A stretch of DNA of 46,604 bases, taken from the NCBI GenBank assembly GCA_030622635.1, contig JAUXFX010000002.1, forward strand, positions 1 through 46,604, given 5' to 3'. The first letter of the stretch is position 1; each line of letters starts with the position of its first letter. Shown here one piece after another: positions 1 through 7,469 of the stretch. Made by a program: the position numbers and the translations under genes. The notes beneath the pieces are model-generated. The model saw only the letters and a program-made list of their open reading frames with translations. It did not search any database and was not told where the DNA came from. The stretch is from Bacteroidota bacterium (GTDB lineage Bacteria > Bacteroidota > Bacteroidia > Bacteroidales > JADFUO01).

Positions 1-175
1 ACCAGTTCTCCTAAAAGCCCTGACCGGAAGACCTGCTTCCATCTTTATTGCAATTATGTTGCTTTCGCAACTCACAGCACACATCGAGTAGGCGGCTGAC
101 GGTCAAATGACCGCCAGTGCACCTCTCACACCACCAAGCGTACGGTTCTCGTACTTGGCGGTTCATCAGACAAAA
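1..175 (+). other. GC-rich, hairpin-rich non-coding segment truncated by the window edge; possibly the 3' part of a structured RNA or riboswitch
   Basis: It is much GC-richer than its surroundings. No frame is open on either strand; the best frame has a TAG at 89-91. CCGCC at 111-115 can pair with GGCGG at either 91-95 or 158-162. AAGCCC..GACCGGAAGACCTGC at 15-36 resembles the B12-box of cobalamin riboswitches. Identity is not established. Confidence 0.2.
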
Positions 176-479
176 GAAAGTTTAAGCTGTATCTCTCTTG
201 ACACAGATCGGTAAGATTTCTGAAATTGCTGTGAAAAAACGGGACTTTACTTAAATAAACATTTAAGTAAAATACAAAGTAATAGATGATTTGAATATTT
301 AGGATTTTTTTATATATTTGGTGAATATTAATATAAGCACTTCTTTTATTAAAGAAAACATATTATTAATCAGTGTATTAAAAAAAACACTATAATAGAC
401 AAAGGCGAAATAATGCGCATAGTGTAGTAATTATTTAGGAGTTTGTCCGTAATTTTTATATACAATAACATTTCAGAAA

Positions 480-1094
480 ATGAAAGCAAAGAATATGAAA
501 TCAGATAAGTTGAATGAATGGTTTAGATACAATAGAATTCAATCTATTATTGCTCTTGTGACTATCCTTTCTCTGGGAGCATATATTGTGTTTAGTAGCA
601 TTCAGTCTTGTCAAACCAAGAAAATGATTTTGTCTGATAGGGTTAAAACACGGGCTTATATTGAATTTTCTGATTTTACTATTGATAATTTTAAAATTGG
701 CGAAAAAATCATATATGTTTTAAGTGCAAAAAATGTCGGATTCACTCCTGCATTTAATGTTAAAATGATTGGAAAAATAAAAATTGCGACAATCGGCGTT
801 ACAAAAAGCGAGATAGATTATATCAATAATGTTAAAAACGCAATTGGGGAAGGTTCTATTAAAAGTGCCGGAACAGAATTTAGTATTAATTTCAATCCGG
901 ATATAATTCTTAATGACTCTGATTATAAAAGTATTATTAATGAACAGAATTTTTTTTATATCTATGGTTGCGTTTTTTACAATGATATTTTTGGAGTAGA
1001 TCATTGGCATAGATTCTATCTCTCCTATGTTCAATCAACAGATAGATTTACAGAATGTATTAAATATAATGATACAGATAAAAATGAGGAGTAA
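480..1094 (+). CDS. hypothetical membrane-anchored protein
   Basis: ORF track, ATG start. One N-terminal hydrophobic helix (IIALVTILSLGAYIVFSSI). No family recognised. Confidence 0.5.
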   Translation: MKAKNMKSDKLNEWFRYNRIQSIIALVTILSLGAYIVFSSIQSCQTKKMILSDRVKTRAYIEFSDFTIDNFKIGEKIIYVLSAKNVGFTPAFNVKMIGKIKIATIGVTKSEIDYINNVKNAIGEGSIKSAGTEFSINFNPDIILNDSDYKSIINEQNFFYIYGCVFYNDIFGVDHWHRFYLSYVQSTDRFTECIKYNDTDKNEE

Positions 1095-1354
1095 TTTTAA
1101 GTTGAGATTCCTTAAAATATGGTTACCTTATCTTCTAATAGGATTAACACCTTTTTTTGCATAAATAATTGGAAATTGAATATAGAAAAATAAAAAACTA
1201 CGGCCACACGCGCTCATAAATAATTGCCGTATGGTAGGTTGTTCAAGGGTTATAGCCCGCTTTAAGTTCGGCGTAATTGGATAGGGAAGTAACCCGCAAT
1301 CGGCAACTATTCATAGCGCAACACGTTACCAGCAACCCTAAAACGGAAACAACA

Positions 1355-1999
1355 ATGGCAATATATACACCACGGGGACTAAAAATCAGATTGGCAACTG
1401 ATTTAGCATTTACTTACATCGCCAGACTTTATCCTAAGTTTACAGCATTCCAAGTGTTGAAGACAGTTGAAGGAATTGAATTAATTCCTAGTTGTTTTGC
1501 TTTCTTTACAGGACTTTATGTATTTATCAATGACTTTTCTCCAAATGACATTGCAATATATGTTGGAATTTCGGCTGTTATTGGGGGATTAATTACAGCA
1601 TTTGGACTATTTGTAATTCCATTTTTGGTAAGGTTCATCACAGGATTAAGTTACTTAAAAGGATTTGGATTTTTTACAATAGCAATAATTATTACTGGGC
1701 TTTTGACGGTTGGTTGGAAAGGGACACTCTTTTATTTTATTGGACGATATGCAGCGTCATTTGTTATCTTCATTATTGACACTTGGCAAATGAAATTAGC
1801 AAATAAAAAGATTGGATTTCCGTTAACAGCAAGTGAAAGAAACTTTTTTAACGCATATAGATTATACGCTTCTCGCATCGGTGTGACAACAAGTCTAGAA
1901 TTAGAAGATGGTGAAATTGAAAGTGGAAAATGGCAACTACCATTGACAATGTTACAGTTAAAATGGCCAAAAGTCGTTGCACGATTTACTGACAATTAA
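1355..1999 (+). CDS. hypothetical multi-pass membrane protein
   Basis: The ORF track gives 1277..1999 with a TTG start inside a GC-rich, palindrome-rich leader. The first in-frame ATG is at 1355 (MAIYTPRGLK). About four hydrophobic helices. Confidence 0.5.
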   Translation: MAIYTPRGLKIRLATDLAFTYIARLYPKFTAFQVLKTVEGIELIPSCFAFFTGLYVFINDFSPNDIAIYVGISAVIGGLITAFGLFVIPFLVRFITGLSYLKGFGFFTIAIIITGLLTVGWKGTLFYFIGRYAASFVIFIIDTWQMKLANKKIGFPLTASERNFFNAYRLYASRIGVTTSLELEDGEIESGKWQLPLTMLQLKWPKVVARFTDN

Positions 2000-2135
2000 T
2001 TAAAACTAAGTTGACAATACACAAAGATAGACAAAATGGTATGCTGCTAACAGAATTATTTCCCTACTCAAAAATGAAATATTTGCATTATTAGAATCTA
2101 ATACAGAAAAACAAAGAAACCAATTTCATTAAAGA

Positions 2136-3599
2136 ATGTTATTAAAAAAAGACATATCAGATATTGTAATAAGAATTATTGGTAGCAGTGCATCATATAC
2201 TTATCAAGAAAAAAAACAAGCCTGTGAAATCCTATTGGATTATTTTATTAAGCAATTTCAAAAAGCATGTTATCAAATTGTTGATTTTGATTTCTATCAA
2301 TTTGCAATGAAAGAACATGATAGGCTTACGGAAGCAGTAAGTTGCAAAAAGCATACGATTACTAATCTATCTGAAATTTCTGAAAAACGTAGAATATTAA
2401 AATATATTATTGAATTTGGATGTGAAGTTGTAATGACTAAAACAAGCATATCTGAAATTACTATCACTGAAAATCTTGAAAAAATATATGAGAGAGGAAA
2501 AATGATATTGTTTTCCGCTAATATGTTTGCCGAATTAATTATGGTGAACAATTTTTTTGATATTACATTGTGTGATGATAGATTATTGTTTTCTCGTTCT
2601 AAACAATATGAATATCTGTTTGAGAAAATTAATGCTATATCGGAACAGCAAATCGAAGAATCCATAATTGACCAGAACGCACTGAAAGACTTAAGTATTG
2701 CATTATGTGAGTATATGGAGATTAATATTGTGAGTTTATTTGAATTAATAAAATTGTTTTGTTCTGAAAAAAGGACAGGAATGATAACTAAAAAAGGATT
2801 AATTACTCATTTATGTTTTCAAAATAATATTGACAAATACCAAGCTGAAGAATTCCTAAATGGATTGATTATTAATAGTGAAACAAAAATGTCGCTTAAA
2901 GACTTGGTTTGGAACCCAAATAAGTTTAATCGGTTTCATTATTGTCCTTTTATTGAATGGAAAATAGATGGTAATGTGTTACTACAATTTAGCCTTTTCT
3001 CATTTGATTCATGCATGTTTCAAGTTGCAAAAAATGCAATACCTTTTGGGCATGCACCAAAAGAATGGCTTAATAATAAAAACTTTAAAAGATTTGTTGA
3101 TAAGAAAAACCTCGAACACGAAAAACTGCATATTCATGCAATAATAAGCAGAATAAAACATTTGGATATTTTTTATGACAAAAATGTGAAGAAATTTCGA
3201 ACAAATGGGAGAACAATTCATCCAAATAAAGAATTTGATTTAATAATTATTTGTAAGCAAACTAAACAAATTATTATTGCTGAATGCAAATACTTAAAAG
3301 GTAGATTTAACGCTGTCGATCAGTTAAACGATTTTAATGAATTCAATAATAAATTCATAGGAAAGTTGAAAGAAAAAGTGCAATATGCGAAAAACAATAT
3401 TTTTATTATAGAAAGACACTTCAAGCTGAAGTATTCTATTGATAATATCAATTTTAATGATTTTTTAGTGAAAGGGATTTTCATTATTAATACACCTACT
3501 TTTTATATGCACATACATCCAGAATTCCAGGTTATTACAATATCTGATATAACAAAATATTTGATAGATGAATGTACAACCTCTAACAGCCGGTCATAG
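2136..3599 (+). CDS. PD-(D/E)xK-type nuclease with a large uncharacterised N-terminal region (Shedu/NERD-like architecture)
   Basis: The C-terminal segment EFDLIIICKQTKQIIIAECKY gives a D...E-x-K motif on a beta-strand-like hydrophobic pattern, followed by QLNDF (QxxxY/F-like). The N-terminal ~340 aa has no motif I recognise. Confidence 0.5.
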   Translation: MLLKKDISDIVIRIIGSSASYTYQEKKQACEILLDYFIKQFQKACYQIVDFDFYQFAMKEHDRLTEAVSCKKHTITNLSEISEKRRILKYIIEFGCEVVMTKTSISEITITENLEKIYERGKMILFSANMFAELIMVNNFFDITLCDDRLLFSRSKQYEYLFEKINAISEQQIEESIIDQNALKDLSIALCEYMEINIVSLFELIKLFCSEKRTGMITKKGLITHLCFQNNIDKYQAEEFLNGLIINSETKMSLKDLVWNPNKFNRFHYCPFIEWKIDGNVLLQFSLFSFDSCMFQVAKNAIPFGHAPKEWLNNKNFKRFVDKKNLEHEKLHIHAIISRIKHLDIFYDKNVKKFRTNGRTIHPNKEFDLIIICKQTKQIIIAECKYLKGRFNAVDQLNDFNEFNNKFIGKLKEKVQYAKNNIFIIERHFKLKYSIDNINFNDFLVKGIFIINTPTFYMHIHPEFQVITISDITKYLIDECTTSNSRS

Positions 3600-3652
3600 C
3601 CAATGTCCGCATTTCGGGAGGGCCACATGGCCATACTGGCAGAACGTTATAC
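3582..3652 (+). other. attC-like imperfect palindrome overlapping the stop codon of the 2136..3599 gene
   Basis: TCTAAC (3582-3587) pairs with GTTATA (3646-3651). GCCGGTCATAGCC (3589-3601) pairs with GGCCATACTGGC (3629-3640), leaving two bulged bases. There is an unpaired spacer between the boxes, the length is 71 bp, and the next ORF starts 19 nt later. Confidence 0.35.
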
Positions 3653-3670
3653 CATATTAAAAAATAAGTT

Positions 3671-4795
3671 ATGAATAAAAAGGAATTAATTGATAATATT
3701 TATATAGGAATAAATAAAATTGGCAATTATTCCTATGAAAACTTTTTGAAATCATTCAACTTTAGTAAAAAGGACTATTCAAAAGCTACAGAATTTGAAA
3801 CTAGAATATCTTCTCTTTTTTATTTTGATTATTGCATTTCAGGTAAAAGGGTTAACCAAGAATTTAGACAAAAATTCTATAAAATTTGTACTGAAAAAAT
3901 TAGAAATCATTATGCTGATTATTTCGAAAACAAAAACTTATTGGATATAATAGATTACAGATATAATGAGTATGCAAAGATTCCAATAAGTATTGGTGAA
4001 AATTGGATGCAAAGTTTTAATAATCTATATGAGATAAAGTTAAAAGGCACTGAAAATGTTAAATTTATTGAGGAACTACCAGCTATCAAAATGGAGGATG
4101 GGTTCCAAGACATGCCTTTAAAGATGAAATTCATTCAAGGAGAAGTTAAAAATGCTTATCGCACTGCCAAGTTAGTTGATGATTTATTTAATGGAAAAAC
4201 CATATATGAAGCGTTGTATGAATTAGAGCAAATAGATTCAAAACCAAATCCGGATGAGGGAAAAATGAATGCTGATATAGATGACATTTCAGAATTGATG
4301 AATACAGGTAAAATAAAAAAGACAAATATGAAACTAAGAATTAATGATCTTGATATTAATTTGAAAATGTCCTTAGATCGTAATGAACTTAAATTGCATA
4401 AAATAAAAAAACCTGGATTACTTGGGAGTCTATTTATCAAGAAAGAATCTGGAGAAACTATTTACTGGACAAAGAATTGCAATATTTCTTGTTTTGATGA
4501 TAGTTTCACCTTGCTACCGAACCTTGATACTAAGTCTGAGTCAAATATGATGTATGGAACATCTGCTTATTTATTTTACAAGAATAATGTTTTAATAAAA
4601 GTGACTTTTCAATTAGTTGGAAACGAATTAGCGGCAAATTGGATATTTGGTGAATTTCAAAAATCTTGTTCTGATAATTTAGGAAATCCAATAAAAAGCA
4701 ACAACACAATAACATGGAGTGATGGACAAAATATTGTGATTGCAGAAAAAAATATTGAGACACCACACGCTCATTTTCATTGGTTAATAAAATAG
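3671..4795 (+). CDS. hypothetical protein, no recognisable domain
   Basis: ORF track, ATG start, 374 aa, co-oriented with and 71 nt downstream of the nuclease gene. Confidence 0.55.
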   Translation: MNKKELIDNIYIGINKIGNYSYENFLKSFNFSKKDYSKATEFETRISSLFYFDYCISGKRVNQEFRQKFYKICTEKIRNHYADYFENKNLLDIIDYRYNEYAKIPISIGENWMQSFNNLYEIKLKGTENVKFIEELPAIKMEDGFQDMPLKMKFIQGEVKNAYRTAKLVDDLFNGKTIYEALYELEQIDSKPNPDEGKMNADIDDISELMNTGKIKKTNMKLRINDLDINLKMSLDRNELKLHKIKKPGLLGSLFIKKESGETIYWTKNCNISCFDDSFTLLPNLDTKSESNMMYGTSAYLFYKNNVLIKVTFQLVGNELAANWIFGEFQKSCSDNLGNPIKSNNTITWSDGQNIVIAEKNIETPHAHFHWLIK

Positions 4796-4802
4796 ATTAA
4801 AT

Positions 4803-4931
4803 ATGATTTTTACAATTATTGGATTGATAATAGTCGTATGGCTTTCATTAAGTACAATTTATTCTACTTGGTATCATTATAAAAAATACTCTACTAAAAA
4901 AACAGGGATATTATTATTGCGAATGATTTAG
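4803..4931 (+). CDS. possible 42 aa small membrane protein
   Basis: Hand translation gives MIFTIIGLIIVVWLSLSTIYSTWYHYKKYSTKKTGILLLRMI*. It starts 8 nt after the previous stop. Too short to be sure. Confidence 0.25.
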   Translation: MIFTIIGLIIVVWLSLSTIYSTWYHYKKYSTKKTGILLLRMI

Positions 4932-5219
4932 AATCTCATGGACAAAGAAAAGAAATGAAAAAGGAAATTTAGTTTATCGAGTGATTGAATTACAAGTCGT
5001 TAAAATTATAATCATTGGTGTTTTAATATTTTTACTGACCAAATAATGAATTTACGGCTACCAACAAATAAGGATTAAACGCTAATTACGTAACATCTTA
5101 TGTGATTTAATCTACTTAATTTTTGGGGATTTTATGCCTGCCCGCCGTAAACTTTAGAAGGTGGGTGGAATTCAAATTCTAATTTTAAACAATAATTCAA
5201 CTTAATTTAAAATATTTCG

Positions 5220-5227
5220 TATTTTTG
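5220..5227 (+). promoter_or_regulatory. Bacteroidota-type -7 box TATTTTTG
   Basis: Matches TAnnTTTG, 13 nt upstream of the ATG at 5240. Confidence 0.3.
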
Positions 5228-5239
5228 TTGAAAACTAAA

Positions 5240-5411
5240 ATGAATGATAAAGTAAAATATTGGCTTGAATTATCAGATAGAACCTTTGAATATTGAGGCG
5301 AGATACCCCGCTCATAAAGAAAGACTTCTGAAAAGCTTAAATGATAGTAAGTGTCAGGATATTCTCTCGGAAACTAAAAAGATACAAGAATGGATAAAAA
5401 TGAAGCTATAA
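5240..5411 (+). pseudogene. decayed HEPN-domain gene (internal deletion plus frameshift)
   Basis: The N-terminal piece MNDKVKYWLELSDRTFEY* (5240-5296) and the C-terminal piece ..EARYPAHKERLLKSLNDSKCQDILSETKKIQEWIKMKL* (another frame, ends 5411) look like the two ends of a ~120 aa HEPN protein. The middle part is missing. Confidence 0.55.
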
Positions 5412-5695
5412 ATAAAGTACGTCAATATAAGTCCTTACTTAAAGATTATTTCGATTTGGATCAAGTATATTTATTTGGCTCGTATGCAAAAGAGACGAAC
5501 AAAGAAGATAGTGACATTGATGTTGCAATTGTGGTTAATCAACTAACTGGTGACTACTTTTCAACTACACCATTAATTTGGAAACTGAGACGACAAATTG
5601 ATGATAGAATTGAACCAATCCTTATTGAGAAGGAAAATGACAAAGGTGGATTTTTAGACGAAATTAGAAAACATGGGATAGAAATTCGAGAATAG
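5390..5695 (+). CDS. minimal nucleotidyltransferase (MNT/MntA-like antitoxin)
   Basis: LFGSYAKETNKEDSDIDVAIV matches the GS-x9-12-D-x-D Pol-beta NTase motif. It overlaps the end of the HEPN remnant. Confidence 0.8.
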   Translation: MDKNEAINKVRQYKSLLKDYFDLDQVYLFGSYAKETNKEDSDIDVAIVVNQLTGDYFSTTPLIWKLRRQIDDRIEPILIEKENDKGGFLDEIRKHGIEIRE

Positions 5696-5708
5696 CTAAC
5701 AAACCTAA

Positions 5709-5783
5709 CAAATAAGAAAAACCCTTTTCCGCATCATATTTGAATAAATAAAATTCTCTAAAAAATACTGATATTTTAAAAAC
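5709..5783 (+). repeat. ~75-nt repeat, copy 1 (3' flank of TA module 1)
   Basis: CAAATAAGAAAAA..GCATCATATTTGAATAAATA..GATATTTTAAAAAC aligns with 6530-6600. Confidence 0.7.
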
Positions 5784-5798
5784 TATAAAAATTTTAGT

Positions 5799-5806
5799 TA
5801 ACTTTG
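5799..5806 (+). promoter_or_regulatory. Bacteroidota-type -7 box TAACTTTG
   Basis: Matches TAnnTTTG, 9 nt upstream of the ATG at 5815. Confidence 0.35.
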
Positions 5807-5814
5807 CTACTATT

Positions 5815-6129
5815 ATGAAAAATATTAAATTTTTAAATAGAATAAAAAAAGGGATTACTACAAAAGACCAAAATGCTGAAATTTATTTATTTGGCTCAAG
5901 AGCAAGAGGTGATTTTCACCCTGATTCTGATTGGGATATTTTAGTACTAACAGATGAAAAAATAATAACCTTTGATTTAGAAAAAGAATTTAGAGATCCT
6001 ATTTTTGATATTGAATTGGAAACAGGTGAAGTTATATCACTTTTAGTTTACTCTAAAAAAGATTGGGAAGCAAAACAAAATATTTCTCCTCTGTTTATGA
6101 ATATTAGAAATGAAGTAATGAGAATATAA
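5815..6129 (+). CDS. minimal nucleotidyltransferase (MntA-like antitoxin)
   Basis: LFGSRARGDFHPDSDWDILVL NTase motif. Its stop overlaps the start of the HEPN gene (ATAATG). Confidence 0.85.
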   Translation: MKNIKFLNRIKKGITTKDQNAEIYLFGSRARGDFHPDSDWDILVLTDEKIITFDLEKEFRDPIFDIELETGEVISLLVYSKKDWEAKQNISPLFMNIRNEVMRI

Positions 6130-6515
6130 TGAAAAATATTGATAATTACATAAAATACAGAATTAAAAGAGCTAAAGAAACATATGAAGATGCAAGATTC
6201 TTAGCAGAAAGAGAAAGTTGGAACTCATGTTTGAATCGTCTTTATTACTCAGCATTTTATGCAGTAATAGCCATTTTACTAAAAAAGGGCATTGAAGTAA
6301 AATCACATAGTGGAGTAAAACACAAATTAGGAGAAGAATTAGTTAAAAAAGGATTAATTTCAAAAGATTTAGCAAAAATATATGGTCTATTATTTGATTT
6401 TAGACATAAAGGAGATTATGATGGTTTATTTGAATTTGATAAAGATAAGGTAGTTCCATTTTTTTCACCGGTTAATGAGTTAATTGAAATTATTGAAAAT
6501 TTAATTTTTGAATAA
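6129..6515 (+). CDS. HEPN-domain protein (HepT-like toxin partner)
   Basis: LYYSAFYAVIAILLKKGIEVKSHSG...FDFRHKGDYD is the typical HEPN (PF05168-like) pattern. It is translationally coupled to the MNT gene. Confidence 0.8.
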   Translation: MKNIDNYIKYRIKRAKETYEDARFLAERESWNSCLNRLYYSAFYAVIAILLKKGIEVKSHSGVKHKLGEELVKKGLISKDLAKIYGLLFDFRHKGDYDGLFEFDKDKVVPFFSPVNELIEIIENLIFE

Positions 6516-6529
6516 ATACTTGCCTATTA

Positions 6530-6600
6530 CAAATAAGAAAAAACGCTGGTCAGCATAATATCTGAATTAATATAATCGCTTAAAAAACAGATATTTTAAC
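6530..6600 (+). repeat. ~75-nt repeat, copy 2 (3' flank of TA module 2)
   Basis: Aligns with 5709-5783. It contains the perfect 8-bp inverted repeat AATATCTG/CAGATATT. Confidence 0.7.
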
Positions 6601-6649
6601 ATTGTTCATAAAAAAATGATACAATCACTAATTCAATAAATTTACAGTC

Positions 6650-7414
6650 ATGAATAATTTGCCAAACAGATATTTTATAAAACTTGCTTATAACGGAAAA
6701 AATTATCACGGCTGGCAGATGCAGGATAATGCCATTACAATACAGTCTGTGATCAATGATGCTTTGTCTAAGCTCTTAGAAGAAGAAATAAATGTAACCG
6801 GCTGCGGAAGAACCGACACCGGTGTTCATGCAAAAGAATTTTATGCTCATTTTGATATAAACAAAATTTTAAATAAAAACGATTGGGATAACATTGTTTT
6901 TAAATTAAACAATTTCCTTGACGACAGTATTGTAATTTTTAATATTATTCCTGTAAAACCCGATTCTCATGCCCGTTTTGACGCAATATCAAGAACTTAT
7001 CAGTATTTTATTACAAGACAAAAAGACCCTTTTGATAACGATTTTTCTTATTATGTTTATGGCGATATAAATATAGATTTGATGAATGAAGGTGCAAAAA
7101 TATTATACGAGTATGAAGATTTTACCAGCTTCTCAAAATTGCACTCAGATGTTAAAACCAACAATTGTAAAATTTTAAAAACAAAATGGGTTGAAAGAGA
7201 AGATAAGCTGATTTTTACAATCACAGCAGACAGATTTTTACGGAATATGGTCAGGGCAATTGTCGGGACTTTACTGGATGTTGGGAAAAAGAAAATCAGT
7301 CTTAAAGATTTCAGAAAAATCATTGAAAGTAAGAACCGCTCGGATGCAGGTTATTCTGTCCCGGCAAAAGGATTATTCCTGACAAAAATTAAATATTCTT
7401 ATGATATTTTTTAA
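6650..7414 (+). CDS. truA: tRNA pseudouridine(38-40) synthase
   Basis: GCGRTDTGVHA catalytic Asp motif, 254 aa, typical TruA length. Confidence 0.9.
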   Translation: MNNLPNRYFIKLAYNGKNYHGWQMQDNAITIQSVINDALSKLLEEEINVTGCGRTDTGVHAKEFYAHFDINKILNKNDWDNIVFKLNNFLDDSIVIFNIIPVKPDSHARFDAISRTYQYFITRQKDPFDNDFSYYVYGDINIDLMNEGAKILYEYEDFTSFSKLHSDVKTNNCKILKTKWVEREDKLIFTITADRFLRNMVRAIVGTLLDVGKKKISLKDFRKIIESKNRSDAGYSVPAKGLFLTKIKYSYDIF

Positions 7415-7469
7415 ATAAACCAAAAGTATTAACATTTTTTACAAGCTGAATAGTTAAGATATTCTTATA

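Noticed and set aside
125-165. Possible group II intron domain V (GTACGGTTC and a bulged hairpin CCAAG-CG-TAC..GTACTTGG)
   Set aside because: On the + strand the 2-nt bulge is on the 5' arm and no AGC/CGC triad sits at the right distance. On the - strand the loop is 5 nt, the triad-to-bulge spacing is wrong, and the rest of the intron would have to lie in AT-rich DNA and ORF 480-1094. No RT/maturase gene is present.
100-225. Resemblance to the RNase P RNA P13/P14 region and ACAGA..CGG..TAAGA, or to the SRP RNA GGAA loop
   Set aside because: The universally conserved ACAGAAnCCGGCUUA and AGAUGAAUG (RNase P) and GGUCCGGAAGGAAGCAGC (SRP) strings are not present. The similarity is limited to generic GC hairpins.
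720-1034. Antisense or alternative-frame ORFs inside larger genes (for example 720-1034, 2297-2665, 8766-9125, 16768-17085, 18530-18847, 29730-30041, 34614-34931, 39821-40078)
   Set aside because: Each is fully embedded in a longer ORF with clear family motifs or better coding character. They are expected by chance in AT-rich DNA and have low-complexity or hydrophobic nonsense translations.
1277-1354. TTG-initiated N-terminal extension of the 1277..1999 ORF (MDREVTRNRQLFIAQHVTSNPKTETT)
   Set aside because: The extension lies in a GC-rich, palindrome-rich segment that looks non-coding, and a good ATG follows at 1355. Similar extensions were trimmed at 10014 to 9966, 33684 to 33600, 19956 to 19980, 15607 to 15610 and 43700 to 43772.
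5696-5806. The ACCTAAC ... GTTAACT pair after the first MNT gene as an attC site
   Set aside because: The sequence between the two boxes is A-rich on both sides and cannot fold into the required imperfect hairpin. GTTAACTTTG is better explained as the TAACTTTG -7 promoter box of the next gene.
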